Translations under genes and position numbers: made by a program
The notes under the pieces: model-generated
What the model was told of the DNA's origin: nothing
Database searches by the model: none
What the model saw: only the letters and a program-made list of their open reading frames with translations
Part shown: positions 39,681 to 49,280 of the stretch, piece after piece
How positions within the stretch are numbered: the first letter of the stretch is position 1
How the letters are laid out: every line of letters starts with the position of its first letter
NCBI GenBank assembly: GCA_963752565.1
Contig: CAVVZC010000003.1
Location: 542,560-606,559 of the forward strand
DNA from: an uncultured delta proteobacterium
Lineage (GTDB): Bacteria; Desulfobacterota; Desulfobacteria; Desulfobacterales; UBA11574
Direction of reading: 5' to 3'
DNA: 64,000 bases

Positions 39681-40349
39681 ATGATCACGCATACCCACAT
39701 CTACCAGTATATTCTTGAAAATTTTTTATCGCCGGAAAAAACACCGCGAAAAGAGAAATATTCGAGCGGAACGAACTATGTTTTGGCTGTATCCGGTGCG
39801 GCTGCCTCTGGAAAAACAACGTTCTGCAAAGGGATGGTCGAGTATCTAAGAAAGAAAGGTTTAAGTGCCGTTCATGTTCCCTTGGATGGCTATCTTCTTG
39901 ACAGGGAAACTCGAGATAAACAAAATTTAAGCGGTTACGACCCGAAGTCTTCTAATCTCTCCAGAATGATCGATCATATGAAAACCCTCATCTATGCAGG
40001 CAAGTCATTTAACTTGCCGATCTACGACCATAAAAGCGGCAACCATAGGCGATCCCGGCGTATAAAACCTGCCGAGGTCATCATACTCGATGGTATAATG
40101 TCTCTTCAATTCGAGATACGCGAACGTTTTCCCAATCTAAATATCTTTTTTACCAGCGATGACATAGTTATTCGCGGTTTGCGATTATTGGTTGATATGG
40201 AAGAGAGGGGTTATTCCGCGTTTCAAGCGTTGGCTCACTCTGATGAAGAATTTGTTTTTTACAACAAATGGATCTATCCGCAAATCACGTTTGCACATTT
40301 AAAAATTTTAGTGGGAGAACAGCGAGAACTCAAGCTTGCATCCGAATAA
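39681..40349 (+). CDS. Uridine kinase / phosphoribulokinase-family P-loop kinase (substrate unknown)
   Basis: 222 aa. P-loop LAVSGAAASGKTTF, LDGYL, VIILDGI. Confidence 0.6.
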   Translation: MITHTHIYQYILENFLSPEKTPRKEKYSSGTNYVLAVSGAAASGKTTFCKGMVEYLRKKGLSAVHVPLDGYLLDRETRDKQNLSGYDPKSSNLSRMIDHMKTLIYAGKSFNLPIYDHKSGNHRRSRRIKPAEVIILDGIMSLQFEIRERFPNLNIFFTSDDIVIRGLRLLVDMEERGYSAFQALAHSDEEFVFYNKWIYPQITFAHLKILVGEQRELKLASE

Positions 40350-40397
40350 CAACAAGACAGTCGCTTAACTTGGTTTTTTCATTATATGTTGGCAAAA

Positions 40398-40498
40398 GTG
40401 TAAAGTGCCTAAAGTTAAGGTATTCTATCAATTTTAATTATAATTGACCGCGGTGAAAGCGCGTTCCTGAAACTTTAGCTCACTTTAGGTACTTTACA
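40398..40498. repeat. Palindromic intergenic repeat, copy A (core AACTTTAGCTCACTTTAG)
   Basis: Left arm tgtaaagtgcctaaagtt, central ttaaggtattctatcaatt, right arm aactttagctcactttaggtactttaca. The arms are reverse complements with 1 mismatch. Confidence 0.7.
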
Positions 40499-40579
40499 TT
40501 TTTAGACTTCAGCTTATTCGGGATAGTGCCCAGATAAAAATACGTCATCGTATTAATGAATTAGAGCACTTAGGTTCTA

Positions 40580-42670
40580 TTATTTGAAAATATTTAATAT
40601 CTTGTCTCCAACACCTTGTTTTTTCTCTTCAGATCCTGATGTCACTTCTTTTCTTTTTCCGGTTTTGGATGTTGTGCCGGCTGCGTCTTTTCCTGTAATT
40701 TCGAGGGCCTTTTTACAGGGGTTTGCTTCTCCGGATGATCCGGAAACAAAAAGGTGGGCCCAGCCCACCGGTCCTAAAAGGGCAGCACCGATGGTGGTGG
40801 CGGTATCCACGATATCGATCTCTAAAGAAGGATTGACCAGTGTGCCGCCGAGTTTAAAGGGTTTGGTTATTTTGCTTAAGCTGATACTCAATTTCCCGGT
40901 TTTTTGGGTTCCAATCCCCTCTTTGGGCTTGGTTTCGATATGAAACTCCAATTCTTCGGTTTTAAGATTTATTTTTCCTTCGCTGAACAATGTTTTTTGG
41001 GGATCGTCGGCGATGATGATGTCGCTTTTGGCCATGCCGTTATTAATATTAAAATCACACACGGCACAGTTAAATCGAGCGCTGTCGATGTTCTTGCCCA
41101 AAGGATTGATTAGCCGCATAAGATTCGAACGGATTCCGGCACCGGCAAAATCTAAATAACCGGCGGATAGTTCCCCTTCTCCCAGCAACGCAACCACATC
41201 GCCGTTCAAACCTGCCATGAGCTCTGCTATAGATTTTCCTTGACCTTTCAGATTAATGTCAAGGTCAAGAATGCCTTCAAGGGCTTGAGTAATTTCCAGC
41301 TTTTTGAGCATTTCTCCAAGATTCATTTGTTTGATATCCATTTTTACATCAACATACGCCACATTTTCTTTTGTCTGAAAACTCAAACTGTTAACCAGAT
41401 TTCCACCGCCTATCGCAGCTGTCAGGGGATTTACAGTGAGATTTCCATCCTGTAGCCTTACCTTGGTCACAATATTATCAAAGGCAAGTCTTGGAAGAAG
41501 CATGTGTTTGATTCGAACATCAACGGCAGCGTTGATACGATGCAGGCCGTCTAATTTTAAGGGAGTGTTTTGAAACAGTTTGTCCGATTTTCTTTTAGAT
41601 TTCGTTGTCGTTTCTTTTGCACCGGCGGCTTTTCTCTCTCTTTTTATTAACATTGGACGCAGATCGAGGGTTTCGGAAAAAAGATCACCAGATATTCGCG
41701 GCCTTTTCGCAGAGTGGTCAAGTGTTACGGAACCATTTATCTTACTTTCTCCCAGTTCTATTAACATATCAGACACCTGAATTTTTTCGGACTTGCTTGC
41801 AATTAGATGACTGGAAATATGGAAAGGGCCTTTAATTGGCAGGGGTTTTCGTGTGATATTTTCAATCTTGGCCATATCATCGCCTTTGACAGAGAATCTG
41901 ACATCGATGCCTTTTGCAGCCACCGGGTCCTGGATCTTGCCGGCAATGGCGAATTCCATCTGAGCGATATTGGCTTTTAAATCAACAGGATAGGATACAT
42001 CAGGGTTAGTGATGCCTGCCAACGAACCGATTTTTCCGGACACGTTAAATGGAATGTCGTTGAACGAGCCTTTCAGTTCAATGTCGGCATCGCCCATTAA
42101 CTCCGCAGATTTTCGATGACCTTGATCTATGGTTAAGACGTGGGTTCTATTTTTTTGATGGTTTTTAACCGTCAGCTTTCCATCTTTGATAAGTATCTCT
42201 TTAAAATCAAACAGTGCTGTTTCCTTTTCATCTTTTTTTACAGGCGCTGCGTCAACTTTCTTTTGTGCCGGCAAATCAAATTCCAGATTTGTTTTACCGG
42301 ATTTGTTGATTTCCATCATCAAATCCGTATTGAGCAGCGTTAACCGTTTTACATTGATTTTGCCCTGAATGAGCGGAATAAGCGAAAATTGAACTTCAAT
42401 GTGGTTGGCACGGATCATTTCCGGATAAGCGCTCCAGGGAGCATTTTGAAAAGAGACCTGGTTTATCTCAAGGGTGGGAGACAAACTTATTTTTACTTTT
42501 ATATCACCTGCGATGGTGAGTTCCCTGCCGGTATATTTTTTAGCGATTCCGGTAATCATTGGCTTAAACTTGTTGTAATCATAAGTCGATACGACAACAA
42601 TGATGACCAAAAAACAGGCAATGATGACACCTGCGAGGACACCTAAAATAATTTTTCGGCGCATGGTCAT
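40580..42670 (-). CDS. AsmA-family outer-membrane-biogenesis protein
   Basis: 696 aa. N-terminal TM anchor (ILGVLAGVIIACFLVIIVVV), then repetitive beta-rich sequence (GDIKVKISLSPTLEINQVSFQNAPW...) typical of AsmA-like proteins. Confidence 0.75.
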   Translation of the reverse strand: MTMRRKIILGVLAGVIIACFLVIIVVVSTYDYNKFKPMITGIAKKYTGRELTIAGDIKVKISLSPTLEINQVSFQNAPWSAYPEMIRANHIEVQFSLIPLIQGKINVKRLTLLNTDLMMEINKSGKTNLEFDLPAQKKVDAAPVKKDEKETALFDFKEILIKDGKLTVKNHQKNRTHVLTIDQGHRKSAELMGDADIELKGSFNDIPFNVSGKIGSLAGITNPDVSYPVDLKANIAQMEFAIAGKIQDPVAAKGIDVRFSVKGDDMAKIENITRKPLPIKGPFHISSHLIASKSEKIQVSDMLIELGESKINGSVTLDHSAKRPRISGDLFSETLDLRPMLIKRERKAAGAKETTTKSKRKSDKLFQNTPLKLDGLHRINAAVDVRIKHMLLPRLAFDNIVTKVRLQDGNLTVNPLTAAIGGGNLVNSLSFQTKENVAYVDVKMDIKQMNLGEMLKKLEITQALEGILDLDINLKGQGKSIAELMAGLNGDVVALLGEGELSAGYLDFAGAGIRSNLMRLINPLGKNIDSARFNCAVCDFNINNGMAKSDIIIADDPQKTLFSEGKINLKTEELEFHIETKPKEGIGTQKTGKLSISLSKITKPFKLGGTLVNPSLEIDIVDTATTIGAALLGPVGWAHLFVSGSSGEANPCKKALEITGKDAAGTTSKTGKRKEVTSGSEEKKQGVGDKILNIFK

Positions 42671-42813
42671 GCCTCCTTGATAGTGGATGTTATCAGCGTC
42701 CTTTATTTATTTTTACGTTGAAAACCTGGTCCTCCGGGACCGTTGAAGATATCGCATCCCGAGGGTCAGAGTTGATTTTGGCTCTTCCTGAAAAAACGCT
42801 GATAGAGTTTAAT

Positions 42814-42926
42814 GTGAACTAAAGTTTAAAGTGAGCTAACATTAAGGAATTCTATCGATTATATAAAATCTGTGGAGCAAAGTGACGCCACAACTTTAGC
42901 CATTTCAGCTCACTTTAGTCACTTCT
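42814..42926. repeat. Palindromic intergenic repeat, copy B
   Basis: ctaaagtttaaagtgagctaa ... ttaaggaattctatcgatt ... aactttagccatttcagctcactttagtcacttc. It has the same orientation and the same central and right-arm motifs as copy A. Confidence 0.7.
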
Positions 42927-43176
42927 AACTTGTCTAGCTTGCAGGAGAGCAGATCCTTCAGGGGCAAACCAAACGGGGTCTTTTGGGCCCGGATACTTTA
43001 CTCATTTAATCATAAGAACCAATTTCATCCGATGCAACCTAAAAAAAAACATATTCAACAAATTCATCCCAAAGACCATGATGCAGATATTTTATTGAGC
43101 GTTTGTTCAACATCTGATAACGTTATTTCAAATATTTTGTGACACCGATTCATAATATAAATCAATGGAGGAAGTG

Positions 43177-43911
43177 ATGAAAAGAGCATTTATTTTGGTT
43201 TTAACGGCATGTTTTTGTCTTGTGGCGAATTCTGTGTTTGCCCCGTCTCTTGCTGCTTCAGATCGCAATCTAATTCTTACCGAAGGTACAGGCGAGGTCA
43301 TGGGTCAGAACGATTCAGCAAAAATTTTCATCGCCGTTGTGACAGAAGGACGGACATTGGAACAGGCCAGTTCGGACAATGCGGACAAAACCAAAGCGGT
43401 ACTAACGGCCATCAATGGGTTGAACATTAAACATCTTAAACTCGAGACATCCAATTATCGTGTTACGCCCCAAAGGGATTATAAAGCCCGGCCGCCCAAG
43501 ATAAGAGGTTATGAAGTCAACAATGCCATTGTGGTGACGCTGGAAGGATTTGAGACTGAACCTTTATCCAAACATGTTTCCCGGATTGTTGGAAAAGCCC
43601 TTGGAAGCGGTTCCAACACGATTCAACGTATTCAGTTTTATCTCAAAGATAAATCGACATTAGAAAAAAAAGCGTTAAAATTGGCAACGCAGGAAGCGGT
43701 GGAACGGGCGAAAACATTGGCCGAAGCCGCGGGTGTGAAACTAAAACGCATTGTTTCACTCAGCACACAGCCGATTTATGCGCCGCCCCGCCCTCATATG
43801 TTACGAGCAGCCGAGATGAAGACAGACGCAGGCACGGTGGCGCCCCCGATGGAGATCGGGGAAAGTCGTATTCGGGTCCAGGTCAGTATTGCCTATGAGA
43901 TCGCGCCCTAA
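43177..43911 (+). CDS. SIMPL-domain (DUF541) periplasmic protein
   Basis: ATG at 43177 follows ggaggaag. Signal peptide; LTEGTGEVMGQNDSAKIFIAV, YRVTPQRDY, GYEVNNAIVVTL. Confidence 0.75.
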   Translation: MKRAFILVLTACFCLVANSVFAPSLAASDRNLILTEGTGEVMGQNDSAKIFIAVVTEGRTLEQASSDNADKTKAVLTAINGLNIKHLKLETSNYRVTPQRDYKARPPKIRGYEVNNAIVVTLEGFETEPLSKHVSRIVGKALGSGSNTIQRIQFYLKDKSTLEKKALKLATQEAVERAKTLAEAAGVKLKRIVSLSTQPIYAPPRPHMLRAAEMKTDAGTVAPPMEIGESRIRVQVSIAYEIAP

Positions 43912-44017
43912 CCCGAATATTTTCTTGTTCAATTCCTTAAAAAAATTTTCACCCTACGGGCTAAATGAGTACAAAAAATATCCGGAAGATCTTCAAAACA
44001 GGAAATTTGCGGACGGG

Positions 44018-45124
44018 TTATATTTTTGTCAGCTCATAGCTTCGGCTTCCGAGTCCAAGTTTTTCGGCATAGTCCAGTTGAAGGGTCCAGTCGACATTCG
44101 GGTAAACCCCCCTGAATTTATCTCCGCCTTTTTCAGTATTGACCTCAAGGCATGATTCAGGAAGGGCTTCTTCCTGGTTCACAAGATCAACGGACGCCTG
44201 GTCAATGGCCACCGGATCTTTGGAAGCAACGATGCCGATATCTCTGACGATGGGTGCATCATTGTGGCCGTAACAGTCGCATGCCGGGGATACATGGGTG
44301 ATAAAATTTAGAGACAACAATTTGTCTGTTTTATTTTTTAAAACACCCATGGTGTATTCCACCATGTTTTCCAGAAATGTCGGTATGGCCTGATTCCACT
44401 CAATTTCAATGGCGCTGTTGGGACAGATAAGGATACATTCACCGCATCCGATACACTTTTTGGCGTTCAGCACCGCCTTTTCATTTTCCAGAGAAAGGGC
44501 ATTCTGGGAACAGTGGGGAAGACAGTCCCCGCAACCCACACATTTTTTCTTGACCACTTTTGGCGAAACAGTGGAGTGTTGTGCCAGCTTTCCCTTCCTG
44601 GAGGCACATCCCATCCCCAAGTTTTTAATGGCACCACCAAAACCCGAAAGTTCATGCCCTTTAAAATGTGCCACCGATATCAGGGCATCGGCTTCACAAA
44701 TATCAGAACCAATGTACACTTTTTTAAAATTTTTCTGGTTGACGGTAACGGCGGTTTCGCTTTTTCCTCTTAATCCGTCGGCAATGATAATGGGGGCATT
44801 CACCACTGAATAGGCAAAACCGTTTTGAATGGCCGTGGACAGATGATGGGGTGAATCGCTTCGGGTCCCGGCATACACGGTATTGGCATCGGTCAAAAAC
44901 GGATATCCGCCGATACTTTTAATGGACTCCACAATCTTTCGAATAAATACCGGCCGAATAAAGGCGGTATTTCCCTTTTCTCCAAAATGAAGCTTCACAG
45001 CCACAAGCTCCCTTGCTTTAACGGTTTCGGAGAGGCCCGCCGTATCCAGAAGCCTTGCCAGCTTGTCTAAGAGATTTTCTTTGGCCGATGCCCTTAAATC
45101 GATAAAATAGACGTTGCTTTTCAT
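44018..45124 (-). CDS. DUF362 domain protein with two 4Fe-4S ferredoxin motifs
   Basis: 368 aa. VAVKLHFGE, FLTDANTVY, HFKGHELSGFGGAIKNLGMG, CVGCGDCLPHC and CIGCGECILICP. Confidence 0.8.
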   Translation of the reverse strand: MKSNVYFIDLRASAKENLLDKLARLLDTAGLSETVKARELVAVKLHFGEKGNTAFIRPVFIRKIVESIKSIGGYPFLTDANTVYAGTRSDSPHHLSTAIQNGFAYSVVNAPIIIADGLRGKSETAVTVNQKNFKKVYIGSDICEADALISVAHFKGHELSGFGGAIKNLGMGCASRKGKLAQHSTVSPKVVKKKCVGCGDCLPHCSQNALSLENEKAVLNAKKCIGCGECILICPNSAIEIEWNQAIPTFLENMVEYTMGVLKNKTDKLLSLNFITHVSPACDCYGHNDAPIVRDIGIVASKDPVAIDQASVDLVNQEEALPESCLEVNTEKGGDKFRGVYPNVDWTLQLDYAEKLGLGSRSYELTKI

Positions 45125-45332
45125 GGAATCCTCCCTGTAAAGTAACCTTTAAATTTGAATTCCCCGCTGCTTGTCCAAACGTAGCGGAAATCCCGCTATA
45201 CGGGGCTACGGGGATAGGAATTTTAGCCCCCCAGGCGGGTAAATCTTTTGCTGAAAACTACCGATTGTCCTCTTCAAAGTCAAGATGATTGTCTTAGCCT
45301 TTAATCGCAATGCTTCATATTCGGAGATTAGC

Positions 45333-46538
45333 ATGAAGACCACTGCTCCACGAAAGAGGCGACCCCTGTCTTATGGTACTTTACTGTTTATTTGCTGCGG
45401 TGTTGCCTTTGCCGGTTATCTGGGGTCTAACATGCGCCTTCCTGTGGTCCCACTTTATGCAAAATCTATCGGTGCAGATACCGTTCAAATCGGCATCATC
45501 AACTCTGCGTTTTTGTTTATGGCCGGAATTTTGTCTTTGCCATTGGGCATCCTCTCTGACCGCTATGGCCGGAAACTGTTTGCGTCTATGGGTCTTATTG
45601 TGCTGACAGTCACTTCATTTTTGCTCTATTTTAGCAAAACGCCGATGCAACTCTTGTGGATCTATCTTTTTTTCGGTGCCGGAGTGGCAGCATTCGGTCC
45701 GACGATGATGTCCTTTGTGGCTGATTTTTCCCCCACCACTCATTTAGGACGCTCATATGGTTGGTATACAACAGCCCTTTACACTTCAATGAGTTTGGGT
45801 CCCGCCATTGGCGGATTCATTGCTGAACAAAGAGGATTTCTTCAGGTGTTTTTCATTTCCGGTATCATTATTTTCTTTACCTTTTGGGTGGTCGTCTTTT
45901 TTTTGCCGCCAACCCATCTCATTATCGGTGAAAAACCAAAAAAAGAGAAAACTTCGGTCATTATAAGGGGGCTTTTGAAAAATCGTCCTCTTTTGAGTTG
46001 CTGGCTTGTGACCTTTGGAGGGTGTTTCGCTTTAGGAATGTTTATAACTTTTCTTCCCCTTCACGCTCAAAACCAAAACCTGACCATATGGCAAATCGGC
46101 CTTGTTTTTGCAGTTCAGGGAATCTTTAATGCAATATCTCGAATTCCTTTTGGTCATATGAGTGATAAAGTAAAAAATCGAAGCACTCTAGTTGTTATCG
46201 GTCTTATTGGATTTGCCGCTTCTATGGCGGGTTTTGGAATATCCACGCGGGTAATTCATTTTGTATCATTTGCCGTTGCATTCGGAATTAGTATGGGACT
46301 GGCGTTTACTTCCATCGGCGCCCTTATTGCGGAAGTCGTTCCTGTTGAATCCCGAGGACTTGCAATGGGCGGCTATAATACATGCATCTATTTTGGAATG
46401 ATGGTAAGTTCGGCTTCCATGGGACCGATTATTCGGAAAATCGGCTTTGAAAGCGGATTTTTGATCACAGCGGTGATAAACTTGTTTCTGGTGGGATTTT
46501 TCTACTTTCTCATGAAAGAGTTTTCCCGTAAGCGATAA
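45333..46538 (+). CDS. MFS transporter
   Basis: ATG at 45333 follows ggaga. 12-TM-type hydrophobicity and the loop motif GILSDRYGRK. Confidence 0.8.
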   Translation: MKTTAPRKRRPLSYGTLLFICCGVAFAGYLGSNMRLPVVPLYAKSIGADTVQIGIINSAFLFMAGILSLPLGILSDRYGRKLFASMGLIVLTVTSFLLYFSKTPMQLLWIYLFFGAGVAAFGPTMMSFVADFSPTTHLGRSYGWYTTALYTSMSLGPAIGGFIAEQRGFLQVFFISGIIIFFTFWVVVFFLPPTHLIIGEKPKKEKTSVIIRGLLKNRPLLSCWLVTFGGCFALGMFITFLPLHAQNQNLTIWQIGLVFAVQGIFNAISRIPFGHMSDKVKNRSTLVVIGLIGFAASMAGFGISTRVIHFVSFAVAFGISMGLAFTSIGALIAEVVPVESRGLAMGGYNTCIYFGMMVSSASMGPIIRKIGFESGFLITAVINLFLVGFFYFLMKEFSRKR

Positions 46539-46655
46539 TTTAATATGGATTCAATTGTTTATGTCAATGAAGCCGCGTTAATTGTTCGTTGCAAAGCGTA
46601 TATGTTTTTAAATAAAAACGTCTAATCACTCCGCTTAAAATAAGGAACATTATTT

Positions 46656-47961
46656 ATGAACCACATGAATCCTCGGACCGTTCACAGAAATCTCATCCTT
46701 CGCATTGGCGTAACAGCCTTTATTATATCGATTTTATTCGGGTTCGGTGCCTGGCAGTATGAAAAAAAAGACATCGGCCGGGAAATTTTTCTGCGAACGG
46801 AAAACGGCTTCAAGATGTTGAACAATCAAATCCGAGACTTATTTGATGATCCAAATGATTTAAAACCATCTGCCATTCAACGTCATCTGGAACAAATTAT
46901 GAGTGAACGTCGAAATGTTGAGCTGGGTCTGTTTGTCTGGATTGGTATTTATGATCTTAATGAAAAGCGGATTGTACAAGTCAGTGATGAAACATATGAA
47001 CACATCGAATGGGTTGAAAAGTTGACGGGGCAGGTGCCAGGTCATCTTCGTAGCTATAAAAACATGAAATTCAACGTTGTTAAACTAACGGGCATCCCGC
47101 ATGTACAGATCATTTCACCCATCAAAAACAATCTGGGTGAATTGTCCGCCTATGGGGAGACTGTTTTTGCCGTATCTCCTGATACTTTAAATAGTCTTCG
47201 AAAACGAGCGATTAATTTAGCACTATTGGCCATGTTTATTGTGGTTGTGACGACGGGTTTGCTTTACCCGGTTATTATCCATCTATTGAACCGTGTGTCT
47301 TCATTGTCGGCGAGACTATTTGAAGCCAACCTTGAAATTCTGAAAGTTTTGGGAAGCGCGGTTGCCAAAAGGGACAGCGATACAGACTCTCATAACTACC
47401 GCGTTACCATTATATCCGTTAAGCTTGCCGAGACATGTCGGCCTTCCCAAAGATGACATGAGGCGATTGATAAAAGGCGCTTTCCTTCATGATGTGGGGA
47501 AAATCGGCATTGAAGATGAAATTTTACATAAACCCGGACGGCTGACGACAGATGAATTTCAACTGATGAAAAAGCACGTCGCCTTCGGGATTGATATTGT
47601 AAATAAGGCCGAATGGATTAAAGAAGCGGTGGATGTGGTTGGTTATCACCATGAAAAATATGATGGCAGTGGTTACAATAGTGGAATAGAAGGAGGAACG
47701 GTTCCTATAATCGCCAGGATTTTTGCAATAGCCGACGTCTTCGATGCATTGGGTTCCCGTCGGCCGTATAAGGAGCCGCTTTCTTATGATGAGACCATGG
47801 AGATTATCCGGGCCGGAAGGGGAAATCACTTTGATCCTGAATATGTTGATGCGTTTGAATCGATATCAAAATCGATATATGAAAATTATGCAGGAAGAGA
47901 GGATGAAGCGCTTGTAGAAGAGCTCAATTTAATTATCAAAAAATATTTTTATGACGGATAA
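46656..47961 (+). pseudogene. Membrane-anchored HD-GYP domain phosphodiesterase, frameshifted
   Basis: N-terminal ORF with 2 TM segments plus a sensor region ends ...RDSDTDSHNYRVTIISVKLAETC. The second frame continues VGLPKDDMRRLIKGAFLHDVGKIGI ... GYHHEKYDGSGY ... The switch is at ~47431-47440. Confidence 0.75.
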
Positions 47962-48035
47962 TTCATGTCTTGCATCTTCGGCAAGCTCGATATTCGCTAG
48001 ACTACATCTGTTAAATTTAGGTTAGGAAAGATCAA

Positions 48036-48719
48036 ATGTATTTGGAGCAAAGGTTAAATGTTCTAAACAAAATTTACGGGCTTTATAACGATATTGAAAA
48101 AAATTTGGATGTGGCCTGCAAAAAATATTGTGCAGCGTGCTGCACCCCCAATGTGACCATGACAACCCTCGAGGGATATCTTATCGCAAATCACATGATC
48201 TCAAATGGTCAGGCGGATTTATTAGAAAATATTCAAACAAAGATATCCAAAAATCGCTTTAAGCCCAAAATCACCACCAATAGACTCGCAGATCTTTGCA
48301 TGAATGGGGACGATCCGCCGGAGGAGGAAAAGAAAAATTCAAATAAAAGTTGCCCAGTGTTAAAAGATAATCTGTGCCCGATTTATGAGGTTCGGCCGTT
48401 TGGGTGTCGGTGTTTTATCTCAAAGCATGATTGCAGCAAAGCGGGGTATGCCGAAGTCGATCCCTTTGCTATGACAGTGAATACGCTATTTATGCAGTTC
48501 GTAGAACACATCGATTCCATGGGCTTTTCAGGTAATTTTGCAGATGTTCTGTTGTTGATGGCATCCAAAGAGAATCGTGGCAATTACAAGTTAAACACCT
48601 TAAACCATCCAGGTGCTGATCTTGTTCCCAATCTTAAGATTAAGGTATTGATGGTGCCGCCTGAACATCGGATTAAAGTCAAGCCGGTAATTGATGCGCT
48701 TTTGAACCTGCAAAAATAA
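48036..48719 (+). CDS. YkgJ-family (CxxCxxCC-type) cysteine-cluster protein, second paralogue
   Basis: 227 aa. CKKYCAACCTPNV, CPVLKDNLCPIYEVRPFGCRCF. Confidence 0.6.
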   Translation: MYLEQRLNVLNKIYGLYNDIEKNLDVACKKYCAACCTPNVTMTTLEGYLIANHMISNGQADLLENIQTKISKNRFKPKITTNRLADLCMNGDDPPEEEKKNSNKSCPVLKDNLCPIYEVRPFGCRCFISKHDCSKAGYAEVDPFAMTVNTLFMQFVEHIDSMGFSGNFADVLLLMASKENRGNYKLNTLNHPGADLVPNLKIKVLMVPPEHRIKVKPVIDALLNLQK

Positions 48720-48863
48720 ATAATAACTTAAACACATAAAAGAATTTTTTCAATTTGTTTACGATCATTTAGGGTATGAAATGTGCGCGTCGATGTTGAC
48801 TTGGAACCTGCGTTTTGGTATCGCAAAAGGGACCAAAACTTTACTCAAAGGAAATTAAACATT

Positions 48864-49280
48864 ATGGAAAGAACATTGTCTATTATCAAACCCGATGGTG
48901 TTGCACGGGGAATCATCGGTGAAGTGATTCAACGATTGGAAACCAACAAACTCAACATCGTGGCCATGAAAATGTTGAAAATGAACAAAACGCAGGCTGA
49001 AGGTTTTTATGCGGTACACGAAGAACGACCGTTTTTTGACAGCCTGACATATTTCATGTCATCCGGACCGATCGTCCTCATGGTCCTTGAAGGTGAAAAC
49101 GCCATCGCCAAATACCGTGAAATAATGGGCGCTACGGATTATAAGGAAGCAGCTGAAGGTACCATTCGGAGAGATTTTGCAACAGACATTGAAAAAAATG
49201 TAGTCCACGGGTCGGATTCCTCCGAAACTGCTGTCTTTGAAATCGGTTATTTCTTCAATAGTTTTGAACTTATCCACTGA
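48864..49280 (+). CDS. ndk: Nucleoside diphosphate kinase
   Basis: I prefer the ATG at 48864. [32 protein letters not shown]. Confidence 0.9.
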   Translation: MERTLSIIKPDGVARGIIGEVIQRLETNKLNIVAMKMLKMNKTQAEGFYAVHEERPFFDSLTYFMSSGPIVLMVLEGENAIAKYREIMGATDYKEAAEGTIRRDFATDIEKNVVHGSDSSETAVFEIGYFFNSFELIH

